A stretch of DNA of 62,900 nucleotides, counting the filler, from Octopus bimaculoides (lineage: Eukaryota): assembly GCF_001194135.2 (NCBI RefSeq). It is 4 parts of 4 records of this genome, joined end to end, with 100 filler letters (N's around TTAATTAATTAA, not from the genome) between each part and the next. Parts side by side here need not be neighbours in the genome. Positions count along the whole stretch, not along the records: positions 1 to 31,602 come from NC_068986.1; 3 more parts are not named here. One strand, written 5' to 3'. Shown here one piece after another: positions 1 through 13,010 of the stretch. A program made the position numbers and the translations under genes. Every line of letters begins with the position of its first letter. The first letter of the stretch is position 1. The notes under the pieces were generated by a model, which was not told the origin of the DNA, did no database searches, and saw nothing but the letters and a program-made list of their open reading frames with translations.

Positions 1-74
1 ATATATATATACATACATACATACATAAATACATATACATATATATATTTATTTAGATTTATATACACGTATAC

Positions 75-113
<39 letters not shown>

Positions 114-1009
114 ATATGCGTGTACAGTGTACGATAACACTTACCCACCACATGCATCACATGGATCTATAAAGAAGCGGTTATGGTAAGTAATCTATTT
201 TCTATCTGTGTTTCTATTTTAACTTAACTATTATTTACACACATCTCTGCACTTACTATCATATCAATGTTGCTCTGACAGAAATATCGTAACAAATAGA
301 TATCAATATCCGTAAATGTACGTCTTTTTATACACTTCATTCCAAGCTTTAGATAAAATAAATAAAAAAATGTTTAAAATGGCATTCTGGCGTGTTCTTA
401 CATCCTACAGCAATTCTTTATAGCATTATACAAGGTTACAAATTTTGTGCAAAGTTTAACAACTTCAAGACTATTATTTGAGTTTTTTTATACGGAAGAC
501 AGCCATTAGAAATTATTAATCTTTTATTTTTTTTTTATTTGTTTCTGTCAGTAGTCAGCGGGCGATGCTGAGGCACCTCCTAGACGAATTCAATCGAATA
601 AATCGAATAAATCGACCTCGGTTGTTATTCTCTTTTAAAAAAGGCTGGTACTTATTCCATCAGATTATTTTCCCTAAATGTTAATGTACGTAAACAAACC
701 AACACCGGTTGTCAGATATATATACTTATATACGTGTGTGTGTGTGTGTGTGTGTGTAAAAATCTAGCTTCCGCACAATTTCTGTCTACTTACGTTATTC
801 ACTAGTCATTGGTCAGTCTGGGGCTATAACAGAAGAGTTCTGCCCAAAGTGCTGCGCAGTTAGACCGAGTTTAAACTATTGTTGAACTCTCAGAAGGCAA
901 CTCATAAACAATAACCAAAAATAAAGCATTTTCATACGGTTGGTTCTAAGGAGCAATTACCAAAAAAAAAAGACAAGAAATACTGTAAAGTAGTTTTCTA
1001 ATATAATAT

Positions 1010-2022
1010 TGTTACGAATGCCCGCACGCGAAGCACCTCGACGAAGAGAAAACTCTCGCGCGCGCGAACGTCGACGCTCAGTGAGTCGGGATGTCCGCCA
1101 CGACTAAGCCCAGCCGGAGCACGTAACGATGACAACAGGCAAAGGAGGAAGAAATAACACCATACGTTGCGTAGTGAAACTAGCTTTTTCTCTTTCTTAG
1201 CAAAACAATACATCATCAAAACAAAATAACATTGCATTCAATAACATGTAACAATAGCGCATGCAACAACGACAGTCTCCAAGCATTTAACATAATCAAA
1301 GTTTCAGAACATTGCATAATCAAAAGTTTGCAATCAGAGTTCGTATATCAAGTCAATTAAAAGTTCTTTTACTTCTTTGTTTTTCTTTTTTTTGAACAAC
1401 ATGTCACAACAAAGTTCTTTTCTTTTCTTTTCCACCAGTTAACATCGCAGTTAACAAAATCTTTTTTTTCTTTTAAAACATGTAACAACAAAGTTCTCTC
1501 TTTAAAGAATATTTAAACAAACCTTCACCGCAAGAATTTCCTTTCCTTCAAAGCTCCCAACTACAATCTTTTGCCTGCCACAACAGTTCCATCTCTCAGT
1601 CCCTCTCTCTGATTGCTTCAGTCCCTATCTGCTGACTGGTACCTTCTAACCATAGTCTCTCTCTTTCAGCCTCTTCTGTCCATATTCACTGCTCTACTGG
1701 CTTCTGGCCTTCACACCGGCTCGCGTTCTTCATCCAACTGCTTGTCCGCCAACTGCTCGATACCAACTGCTCTGTCCCAAATCTCTGCTCTCGTATTTAT
1801 CACAGAAAAACATAGCTCACAGTGCTGCGGTCCCCCTTCCAAAGCTGGGTCAGTTTAATACAGTTCCTAACTTGTTTTTCTGAACTTTCGATGACTGGAA
1901 AGGGTCATCGATCACACCAACGCTAAAAATAACTGTGCTTGTTCACAGGACAAAGGAAATACCATTATCCTCAACAACCAGAATACGGTTTCAAACCCAG
2001 CTGAGGGAATAGGGACATAACA
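1010..2022. mobile_element. Probable solo LTR (~1.0 kb) of an LTR retrotransposon
   Basis: Begins TGTTACG and ends CATAACA (TGTTA...TAACA terminal inverted ends typical of LTRs). The interior is GC/CpG-richer than the flanks and has no credible ORF. Flanking 4-5 bp match only imperfectly (ATAT vs TTAT), so no clean TSD. Confidence 0.45.
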
Positions 2023-4249
2023 TTATTTTGTGTTTCGGTGGTCTGTATCAATATCTTATATTTTATGTACTTTAGGCTGTTGTTCAGTTTTATATGGTAG
2101 GTCGTGGGTTGTAATTATAAATAAAAGACAACCATTTACATCAGTGTTTCTCGTTTCTCAACCACTTTTACCTTTGGACCACTTTGATTCGTGTTTTACT
2201 CAGATGTACCCACTTAACTATTCGATGTTTAAGAAAATTATATATTCTTATCATTAAATATTATAAGGCAATGTATTTAATAATTTTTTAAAATATTTTA
2301 TGTATTGCAGAAGTATAACCAATTTATAGCACAAAATCTTATATTGAGCCCCCAAGAACCATGTGGACATTGGTTGAAAACCGTTGATTTATACAGTGGG
2401 TTCTAAGCAGGAATTGTAAAATAAATGTTATAGTATTTCTTTTTTATATATTTTCTCATATATTATGTTCATGAAACGTGTTGCTGAAACTTCATGTAGT
2501 AGGATGTAAGTAGTAAATATAAATAAAAAGTTATCTTATATTCTAATATTCTAATATTTAATTCTAGTTTCTTTTATACATTTCTGCAATAACCTAGTAT
2601 AGAAAAAAAGAATTTTAGTTATTTCCCGGCAATATTCTGTTTTACAAATGTACTAAGTTAATTATCATCTTCATTGACCCGATACATCCAGTGGATTTTA
2701 AGCAGTAAATATAATGGCTAAAATTTGCAGGAACGAAACACCAATCAGGAACTGGAAGGTCAAAGGAAATTGTCCGCTACTCCATGCATTAGAAATCTAA
2801 CCGAAAGGACCAAAACGCAATGATTTCCAGAGGGCGAACACTTAGATGAAGAAAGAGGAAGCGGAATATTTTCATTCATATACCTTCGTAATTCCTTCGT
2901 AAGTCACTACTTTGGAATAGAAACAGGAATATTAAATCAGAGCACTGGTGTACCTAATGCAAATAGTAGGAATAATGATGAAGGCATCACACTTTGCTTA
3001 ACTAGTGTAACAGAAGATAACACAAAGAATGACATAGAACAAGATATGAGTGAATTCATCACGGCCACCATTTCAGCCAACGTAATGTCGTCAAATTTAA
3101 AAATAGTAAAGAGAATCGATGATAAAAAAGAAAAATTCAGCAAATGAATTCAAATCGCAGACAAAAAGCAGACATATTCAAGGTACTGGTTGAAAAGTAA
3201 ATTTTGGCAGAGGCAAAATAAGGTACACAAGGTATTGTTCCAAGGGATTAATTAAAGGTAGTAATATGCAGTGATCTATATCGAGAACGTTCTGAGGGAA
3301 CTGGTCCCTCAAATTAGCATTCACATCTATTCAAAACCTATGCAAGACACCACTGCATAGTTCCAAAACTCCAGACTAGACTTCTTCCTCTCCGATGAGA
3401 ATAGCCTATAAACCAAAGGGCCTCAGATCTTCAAGTACCAATTTCCTCTGCAAAACTTACGATGTGAAAAATGAACTTCTTAGATTATTTTCCAAGAAAT
3501 AAATCTTTAATGTTTTCAAAGACCATAAGACTTCTGAGAGGAAGTGTCGTAGGTAGTTGTCTTCTTAACGAAGTTTTGGTCTGTACACTCGCAACAGCGT
3601 AGTCATCAAGGGAACTCGTGGAAGTGTTTAAATGATTAGATCCACCACCCTAATACAGAGACGCCCCTCGTCAATTTCCTAGAGTTTTTGTCCACCAACT
3701 TTCCCTCAAAATTTTCCTTAACTGAAGGGTTTGTGAAAAGATAGCAGTTAGCCCACAGTTGGATTGAATCCTTAACCGTATTGTGTCAATGAGACGTTCT
3801 TAACGTTGATGCTGTGCTTGCACCTCTTTAAAAGCAGAGCAGATAATTATGGCAATGGAAATATTTTGTATGATTTTGTTTATTGCTTCAATGATAGGTT
3901 ACTGTTTCCCATGCGATAATTCATTTTTTTTTTCATAGATAAAGGGAGTTCTTCAAATATTCAACCGCAATGTATGTTGAATCTTTGTGACACATTCATG
4001 GCTTCGTCATTATGTTGCGTATACAGATTTAATTCATATTTATAGAGTTTATGTATCTTTATGCGATAGCTAATAGAAGAGAATGAACTCAGCAATGTAT
4101 GTCAATGAAATAGTCATCATATTTACAATATTGTCATTGCTAAGAAGTTTCACTTCTGTTGTAATACAACAATAACGTATCTACAGAGAAGCAGACTGGA
4201 CTGGTTGAGAGCGAAGAGCATTTTACAATGATTTGTGCCAAGTTTAAAC

Positions 4250-4830
4250 AGTTACTATAAATCAACGTCATACAAACTAACTGTGCTATATCTGTCGAGC
4301 CGAATCCGTAATCCAATTTTGTTTTGATTCAAGGATTAAGCTTTTTTAATTCAGGCATTCTGATGTTTTGCAAACAAATTGCACATGCAAGTGCTACCAG
4401 TCGAAAGCCCTGCATACCGGAAGCCAACAAGTGTATGGGGTCATCAGGAGAGAATGCGCGTCGTTTCAGGGCCTACCTCCCTGCGGCATCATTCCGCATT
4501 GGATCAAATAACGCTCTCTTCTCTCTGTTGCTCATGTTTTGACGTTGTTGCTAACAACAGATCTGCGTTCGCCCTGCATCATACTTGCAAATGGTCTGAA
4601 CCGATCTGCGCCAAAACCAAGTCTCTGCTTTTGCTTTCTACTTCTGTGTGGATTAAGCCTGATTTCTATGTCCTTCAACTCTCTCAGCCTCAACACCGAT
4701 TTTACCTTCCCTGGTTTATAAATGTCGACTATTGACGCCAGTGGTAACTGCAACGAACCTCTTTTACGATAGAGAGCTGAACTGTTTAATATCCAAGGTA
4801 AGCCTAGTCACTTTCTAATGAATACACTCA
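4250..4830 (-). mobile_element. Fragment of an RLE-type (HERO/NeSL-like) non-LTR retrotransposon, post-RT region; partly duplicates 5711-6038
   Basis: ORF 4532-4753 (...KQKQRLGFG...RRSVVSNNVK) is nearly identical to ORF 5747-5968, which lies inside the RT-to-RLE element next door. Confidence 0.6.
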
Positions 4831-4959
4831 CTGTTATGAGGCCTCGCTTGCTACATCAACTGGATATCAAATAAAGCTCAATATTCTTCTAGCCATCGCT
4901 CATCGTCTCTTTTTAATCAAATCCAGTGGCTAGCCTTTTCCACTGTTGTTCGGATATCG

Positions 4960-6520
4960 TTCGTGGTAGTATTTATTTTACGATGTGTTAGGTCTAACGA
5001 TAACAACAGTTGCCTCACACTGTCCCACGAATACTCTACATCCGACATTGATTGGAAAATGCTCCGATTTCCAGCCTGCGTCTTCATATTCCTTGAGGAG
5101 GTTTACATAACGGTCAATCTTTCGAACCCGATCGGCGTCCATATTATCTTCATGAGGGACCGTTAACTCGACTAGATTCACCAATTTCTTTCTTTCACAC
5201 CACATTATATCATCCGTTTTTTTCGTAACTGGGATGGGAAAAAATCCCTGGCACCCCAGTAAATTTGCAGCCACCTCCCAAAAGACGTTCCACTTTTCAT
5301 CGCTCACAGAATGTTTCTTCTTGAAACAGATCTGCTGTCCTGAGCGCACAAAGGTAATGAAATCTCTGGTTGGTTCTTTCAATGCTTTTTTTTTCCACTG
5401 TTGACGAGAGCAATTTGGTTCTTTATAGCTTTGAAGATAACCTTAAGCATCAGGTTGTGTCTCCATGTATATCTATTCAATTCCAGTGAACAATTGGAAA
5501 GAATATGTTTCGGTGTTCCGACCTGTCCGCATTTGCCTATATCATTCTCTGAGACATTCTATCTTACTAGATTTGTAGGCAATGGCAAGACATCATACGA
5601 TGAACGAATCAGAAGACTTAGCCGAGATGTAGTCCACTTCTATATCACATTCCAACTTATTTTTCTCTCAATAACATATTCTCCCATCTTGTCATCTATC
5701 ATTGTTGAGTGCATTGGATCAAATAACGCTCTCTTCTCTCTGTTGCTCATGTTTTGACGCTGTTGCTAACAACAGATCTGCGTTCGCCCTGCATCATACT
5801 TGCAAATGGTCTGAACCGATCTGCGCCAAAACCAAGTCTCTGCTTTTGCTTTCTACTTATGTGTGGATTAAGCCTGATTTCTATGTCCTTCAACACTCTC
5901 AGCCTCAACACCGATTTTACCTTCCCTGGTTTATAAATTTCGACTATTGACGCCAGTGGTAACTGCAACGAACCTCTTTTACGATAGAGAGCTGAACTGT
6001 TTAATATCCGAGGTAAGCCTAGTCACTTTCTAATGAATGCACTACACTTTTGTTCAATGATTTGAACACGTGACAGTGCTATCTCGTATATTAAAAGTGG
6101 CCATGAAAGTCGCGAATACAAGCCGAACTCTAAGCACCAAATTGTATATTTACCTGATAGCTTTGAATTATCAATTGCTGTTAACCCATCCTCAGCTTCA
6201 TTCATAACTTGCATCCTGCGATTCCTATCTGAAAATGTTTAAATGTATACTCGCCCCAAGCTCTTGACGGGTTCTTCCTTGACTGTTGGAATGCTTTCTT
6301 CAGCTAATTGAAAGTTTACTTCTTTTTGCACTCACTTAACAAATGTCAGACTACGCGACGTTTTTGCTTTGAATCGCATCCTTGAGCACTTCGCAAGCTC
6401 GTCTAACCCCAAGAGAACGTTCTGCATGCTTTGCTTGTATGTTGATAGAAGTGTCATGTCATCTATGATAATAACTGAAGGAAGAGATAATCATTGCAAC
6501 TTCACATGTCTGCCTTCCAG
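4960..6520 (-). mobile_element. Decayed RLE-type LINE (HERO/NeSL-like): RT C-terminus, CCHC zinc knuckle, restriction-like endonuclease
   Basis: Minus-strand translation gives RFKAKTSRSL...IPTVKEEPVKSLGRVY, GKYTIWCLEFGLYSRLSWPLLIYEI, a C..C...GTPKHILSNC...RYTWRHN knuckle, and LVELTVPHEDNM...RKIDRY...FPINVGCR (PD-(D/E)xK-type RLE). Stops and frameshifts are present. Confidence 0.75.
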
Positions 6521-6659
6521 ATGAAAAAAGTTAATTCAACTGAGCTGTTTATTTTCATTTTCATCTGTTTTAAGTGAAAATGTTGGAATTTGTAGCCTAT
6601 TAATTAAGATAATTTTTTCTAATATTGACACAAGACCAGAGATTTTAAAAGAAGTGTGT

Positions 6660-6797
6660 CAACTGGTACTTATTTTACCGACCCCGAAAGGATGAATGGT
6701 AATTTTGATCTGGATGGTATTTGAACTCAGAACGTAACGCACCGGAAGATATGCCGCCAAGCATTTTGTCCAGTGCACTAACGATAATGCCAGCTAG
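6660..6797 (-). mobile_element. tRNA-derived SINE fragment (family beginning GCTGGCAGAATCGTTAGCAC...)
   Basis: The reverse complement matches the SINE copy at 35335-35520 (gctggcagaatcgttagcacg...gttcaaat...cctttcggggtcgataa). Confidence 0.65.
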
Positions 6798-8639
6798 AAA
6801 GATAATTGGTACAATACACCACGTTTTGGAAAGAAGATAAAGTCGATTATATAGATATCATTTCGTACTTCATCGGATAGTTTAGCTTAACGGCACTCAA
6901 GAATAAAAGTTAGTGTTCACCCACAAATGATTTGAACGTATGTTCACCTCCAAAGAATTGGACTGTAATGAAAAATGAGACTGTGTCAACAAACATCTAA
7001 ATGTTTCGATCGGTAATGATAACTAAAACAGTCTATTTCCGTAAGACACTGCCTCCAACATAAGATGAAATAAACAGTGATAGTACCGAAACTTTAACGT
7101 TCGCATCGCCAGCTTGCAGTCTTTAGAACTAGTTCTAAAGGCAACTATTACTAAATGATCGTGTAAGCTTAAATAACCCCTTTGAAATAAGAAAGGCAAC
7201 TCAAGATATTAGTTGACTCATAGGAACACAGGAAGACACATTCTATCCGTTTGGCATATATATATATATATATATATATATNNNNNNNNNNNNNNNNNNN
7301 NNNNNNNNNNNNNNNNNNNNNNNNNNNNNNNNNNNNNNNNNNNNNNNNNNNNNNNNNNNNNNNNNNNNNNNNNNNNNNNNNNNNNNNNNNNNNNNNNNNN
7401 NNNNNNNNNNNNNNNNNNNNNNNNNNNNNNNNNNNNNNNNNNNNNNNNNNNNNNNNNNNNNNNNNNNNNNNNNNNNNNNNNNNNNNNNNNNNNNNNNNNN
7501 NNNNNNNNNNNNNNNNNNNNNNNNNNNNNNNNNNNNNNNNNNNNNNNNNNNNNNNNNNNNNNNNNNNNNNNNNNNNNNNNNNNNNNNNNNNNNNNNNNNN
7601 NNNNNNNNNNNNNNNNNNNNNNNNNNNNNNNNNNNNNNNNNNNNNNNNNNNNNNNNNNNNNNNNNNNNNNNNNNNNNNNNNNNNNNNNNNNNNNNNNNNN
7701 NNNNNNNNNNNNNNNNNNNNNNNNNNNNNNNNNNNNNNNNNNNNNNNNNNNNNNNNNNNNNNNNNNNNNNNNNNNNNNNNNNNNNNNNNNNNNNNNNNNN
7801 NNACTTGCTTGGTGAGGAGGGTGTGTTGGACAGCATGCAGGATAAAAAATAAAACCCGTCAAAGGGTGGAGGTACTCTATGAACAGTCATCAGCCAGCTA
7901 ACAAAATGTTTGTAAAAAAATGTCTGTAATATATATATATATGTCATATTTTAAATTATATTTCTACTTATATATTTTCACTTTTATGTATATATATTAT
8001 CTTCTATTTCTCAATGGCATATCTTTTATCTATATATATCATTTTACACTTTATTTTTTATATATATCCATGTGTGTGTGTGTGTGTGTCGTGGGCGGGT
8101 GGGTGGTCGCGTCATGTGTGTGTGTGTCAGGTCAGATTAGTAAGAAAACAGAAAAGAAAAACTATCCTCAATCGATAATATTAGTATTCTTTACTTAGAT
8201 TAGGGATATCTTTTCACTTCTATAATTTCTTACTTTCTTCTCTCTGATGACGGTGTACTTAGCTTATATGGAACCATAACACAGTATCATAAACCGCATG
8301 CTTGTCTATGCTAGAAACAGCTGTGAAACTTTATCTTTTTATCATAATTACTCTGAGCTATATTTATGCTCTCTATTAAATTAAATCTTTTTCGAGTGAT
8401 GACAATTATTTTCCCTTTGCTCATTTCCTATTTTAATCTAAATCCACCCGCTCAAGGAGAAACCACTTCCAGCAACGTTTGGTAGGCAATTTCAGTACCA
8501 CATTTTTCAGTTGTAGTTAAAGCCAAAGTCTTAATGATAAATCAAACTGAGCATTCATGTTATACGCTTAATACATAACGCCAATTCACGAAAAAACATT
8601 GTGTGTTCTCTCTCGTTTAAGTTTCTGTGTACGAAACTA

Positions 8640-8766
8640 CTCACAAGGATTTGGTCGGCCGAGGCTATAGTAGAACACACATGCCCAATGTTCCACGTAG
8701 TGGGACTGAACCCGGAACCATGAGGTTGAGAAAGAAATTTCTAAACATGTAACCACGCCACCACGT
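8640..8766 (-). mobile_element. tRNA-derived SINE 5' part (family ...cttcccaaccacatggttccgggttcagtcccact...)
   Basis: The reverse complement matches the heads of the copies at 12571, 20235 and 59825. Confidence 0.75.
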
Positions 8767-8773
8767 ATGTATG

Positions 8774-8816
<43 letters not shown>

Positions 8817-8943
8817 NNNNNNNNNNNNNNNNNNNNNNNNNNNNNNNNNNNNNNNNNNNNNNNNNNNNNNNNNNNNNNNNNNNNNNNNNNNNNNNNNNNN
8901 NNNNNNNNNNNNNNNNNNNNNNNNNNNNNNNNNNNNNNNNNNN

Positions 8944-9840
8944 GATAAGAACAAAAATAGCGAAAATGCACGTTGGAAATCAAAAACAGGAAAGGCTTTT
9001 TATGAAAATTAACGATAGATATATATACAATTAGATGAACGGATGTAGGAATAAAAGTAATAAAAGTCATTATTGTGAATTGTTAAAGAGATTGAAAAGC
9101 ATACCGCTTTCGTAAAGTGGAGGGCTCAGAGTTCCACTTTAAACAAGGTGTAATATTTAAGATTAAAGCAAATTTCACCTGTGCCTCGGAAAATCTAATC
9201 TATGCCATTACATGCTTAGGGTGTGGTAATAATTATATTGGCCAAACAGAAATATCACTCCGTCGAAGAACCACTCTCCACAAAGAACAAATCCGCCACC
9301 CACAATAGAGACAGATACAGAATCTTAATAGAGACAGAATCTTAATCCTAATTTCCTAATTTTTCCCTTCTACCAATGTTCACAGAACACATCAGTACAA
9401 CAAAGGATGAATAAAGAGGCAACTTTCATCAATAAATATCTTCCACAACAAATATGAACACATAACATACTTCAGAACACTACTAACTTTTCAATTAATA
9501 CCACTAACTCCCATACATCCCATACACCATTCACATTACAGATCTATACCTACCCTAATTGCACCAAATCCAGAACTACTTACCTCCCTTACACATAATC
9601 TTTTTACTCAGGGACTAGTAGACCTGGCACCGTTCAGTAAGCGGTGTGCATTCAAAGCAATGATAATATTTTTACGAAACCGGTATGCTTTTGAATCTCT
9701 TTAACAATTCACACTAATAACTTTTATTACTTTTATTCCTACCTCAGTTCATCTAATTGTATATATCTATCGTTATTTTTCATGAATTGGCTTTCCTTTT
9801 TTTATTTCGAATGTGCATTTTCGCTTATTTTTCCTCTTAT
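8944..9840 (+). mobile_element. Penelope-like element 3' fragment (GIY-YIG endonuclease) flanked by inverted partial pseudo-LTRs
   Basis: ORF 9117-9308 reads FTCASENLIYAITCLGCGNNYIGQT (GIY-YIG-type with CxxC). 8944-9115 is the reverse complement of ~9671-9840 at roughly 85% by eye. Confidence 0.75.
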
Positions 9841-10099
9841 TTTTCCCTTACATTTCAACGTGTAGTTTTTATTAGTTTCTATTTTGTTTTTGTAACATAT
9901 TTCTATTGTGTATATAGATACATATATATATGTTTTTATATATATACACACATACGCATACGTGCATCTATCATATATACATACACACGCGCACGCACAT
10001 GCATTCGCGCACGCAAAGACACACACACATATATGCGTTTACATTTGCACAAATTTGAAAGCGCTCGAGTTTTCTGACAATGTCTGATGTAATGTGTTG

Positions 10100-10416
10100 A
10101 TGGTGGCGGGTTTAATGGTGGTGGTGGCGGCAGCGGTGGTGGTGGCGGCAGCGGTGGTGAAGAGGGGTGTTGGTGGAGGTTCTTGAAGGGCTGTGCAGAG
10201 GTGTTCCATAGGTTAGGTGAGAATGTGGTAAAGAAAAGGAAAAGGAAGTGGTTAAGGGATGAGAAGGGAATTCCCAAGAAGCAGTCGGTATTATCAAGAA
10301 ACTGCCGACGTCACCGTCGTCGTCATCGTCGTCGCCGTCGTCGCCAACAAAGCTCCGTCATCGTAGTAGTTACGTAGAAATAGTAACATCTTCAGCAAAA
10401 ACAGCAACAACTAGTC

Positions 10417-10453
<37 letters not shown>

Positions 10454-10507
10454 TAGTAGTGGCAGTAGTAGCCAGCAGCAGCAGTATCGCTATTATTATT
10501 ATTATTA

Positions 10508-10581
<74 letters not shown>

Positions 10582-10719
10582 ATTATCATTATTATTATTA
10601 TCAGTAGTAATAGTGGTGGTCGTGGTCGTGGTAGTAGTAGCCAGCAGCAGCAGTATTATTATTATTATTATTGTTATTATTATAATTAGTAGTAGTAGTA
10701 GTTGTAGTAGTAGTAGTAA

Positions 10720-10750
<31 letters not shown>

Positions 10751-10813
10751 TGTAGTGGCAGCAGCAACAGCAGCAGTAGTAGTGGTGGTAGTAGCAGTAG
10801 TAGTAGTAGTAGC

Positions 10814-10867
<54 letters not shown>

Positions 10868-10890
10868 TAGTGGTAGTAGCAGCAGTTAGT
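10100..10890. repeat. Compound trinucleotide microsatellite (GGT/CGT/GCA/GTA/TTA)n
   Basis: Directly visible; accounts for the poly-Ser/Ile/Leu/Asn ORFs. Confidence 0.95.
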
Positions 10891-11299
10891 AATAATTAGG
10901 CAGAAGCACGCAACAAGTTACTGTAGTAACGACATCAGATGCCGATCTTGAATTTTGGTGTGCATGTGGGCGGCGTGCGGTGACGGCGGCAGTGAAGGCG
11001 CTAAACGGTTCGGTGTTGTTTAATCGTAGAATCTGTGCGTGCGTACGCGTGCTAAATATTCCGCACTCCGCACCTCACCTCAACCATCAACACCAACGCC
11101 ATAATCGCCACCAATACCACCACCGACACCACCGCCGTCTACATCTTCTTGTAGCTCACCGAAGACTGTGCCGTTAGGAGCACGCGCAGGTTCATGTGCC
11201 AGCCACGTGCAGGTGAACAGATGCTTTCTGTAGCCGAGAAAGAAGCGTACGATTGGGTTTACTCACAAAATACGATGATTCTATCTGCCTTACTCCCAC

Positions 11300-11962
11300 T
11301 ATTTTTTTTTCCTTCTAATTTCACTTCTTTAAATCTTTATAGCTTTCTTCCTTCCTTCCTTTCTTTTCGTCTTTCCTTTTTTCTGTCTGCGTCTTTTTCC
11401 TTTCTTACTTTCTTCCTCTCTTTCTTTCTCTCTTTCTTTCATTCTTCCTTTCCTTCATTCTGCGTTTCTTTCTCTCTTACTTTCCATCTCTCATCTTCAT
11501 CCTTCTCCTTCTTATTCTCCCCGTCATCATCTTTTTTCTCCTTTTATTCATCTCCTCTTCCTCGTCCTCCTCCTCCTCCTCCTCGTCGTCGTCCTCCTCC
11601 TCCACCTCCTCCTCCTTTTCTTCTTTTTCGGTAAATTTTCTTTTCCTTTTACTATCCTCCTCCTTCTCCCTTTTCTCCTCATCCTCCACCCTTTCTGTCC
11701 TCCGCTTGCTTTATTTACTTTCTCTCCTCTTCCTTTACATTCACTGCCTCCTCTACTGACTTCTCATACTCTCTATTTTTCTTCGACACTAACTCCTCTT
11801 TATCCCCCCTCCTTCTCCTCCTCCCTCCCTCCCATCTTTTCCTTCCTCCTCCCTCCCATCTTTTCCTTCCTCCTCCCTCCCATCATTTCCCTTCACCTCC
11901 CTCCCATCTCTTCCCTCCTCCCTCCCTCCCATCTTTTCCAACCTCCTCCTCCCTCCCCCTCT
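11300..11962. repeat. Polypyrimidine low-complexity tract ending in a ~25-bp minisatellite (cctcctccctcccatcttttccttc)n
   Basis: Directly visible; about 5 imperfect units from ~11815 run into the N gap. Confidence 0.9.
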
Positions 11963-12170
11963 NNNNNNNNNNNNNNNNNNNNNNNNNNNNNNNNNNNNNN
12001 NNNNNNNNNNNNNNNNNNNNNNNNNNNNNNNNNNNNNNNNNNNNNNNNNNNNNNNNNNNNNNNNNNNNNNNNNNNNNNNNNNNNNNNNNNNNNNNNNNNN
12101 NNNNNNNNNNNNNNNNNNNNNNNNNNNNNNNNNNNNNNNNNNNNNNNNNNNNNNNNNNNNNNNNNNNNNN

Positions 12171-12225
<55 letters not shown>

Positions 12226-12570
12226 TTACTCGAAGTATCCTTTGAAATATATTTTCTGTTATTTTCTTTAAATTTCTACTCGAAACTATGGGAATGGCAA
12301 TGAAATTCTACACGACTGCTAACCAGGAAGGTTAATATGGGCGTATGAGGAATTACATGTGACAAATATCGAATATGAGGCGGGAGGAAAACTAGAAAGC
12401 TAATCAGATATAAAGACAGAGAAAACAAGTAGAGATAATCACGACAGATAAAATGAAATCCAAGGAAAAGTGTTGGAAATTTATAAATACATACATACAT
12501 ACATGCATACATACATAAATATATAAATACATTCGTACATACATACACACATACATGTATATAAATATAT

Positions 12571-13010
12571 CGCAGGCGTGGATGTGTAGTAAGAAGCTTG
12601 CTTCCCAACCACATGATTCCGGGTTCAGTCCCACTGCGTGGCACCTTCGACGGGTAAATTCAACTATGGCCAACCAAAGCTTTGTGACTGGATNNNNNNN
12701 NNNTTCAACTATGGCCAACCAAAGCTTTGTGACTGGATTTGGTAGACGCAAACTAAAAGACGTTCATCGTATATATGCATTTGTGTGTATGAGTGTGCGT
12801 GTATTTTTGTCTGGTTGTCTCCTACCACAGCGTGGCAACCGGTGCTGGTATGTTTAAGTCCCTGTAACGTAGCACTTCTGCAGAAAAGAACGATAGAATA
12901 AGTACCGGGCTTTAAAGAAATACGTATTGAGGTCGATGCATTCGACCAAAAAGTCTACAAAGTGGTGCCTCAGCATCGCTGCAGTCTAACGACTGAAACA
13001 AGTTGCATAT
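12571..13010 (+). mobile_element. Near full-length tRNA-derived SINE
   Basis: Head gcaggcgtggatgtgtagtaagaagcttgcttcccaaccacatgattccgggttcagtcccactg, internal (TA)/(TG) tract, and tail ...cgatagaataagtacc...gcagtctaacgactgaaacaag are shared with the copies at 20235 and 59825. Confidence 0.85.

Noticed and set aside
10392-11689. Poly-Ser/Ile/Asn/Pro/Glu ORFs as low-complexity proteins
   Set aside because: They are pure trinucleotide and pyrimidine repeats with no splice or domain context.
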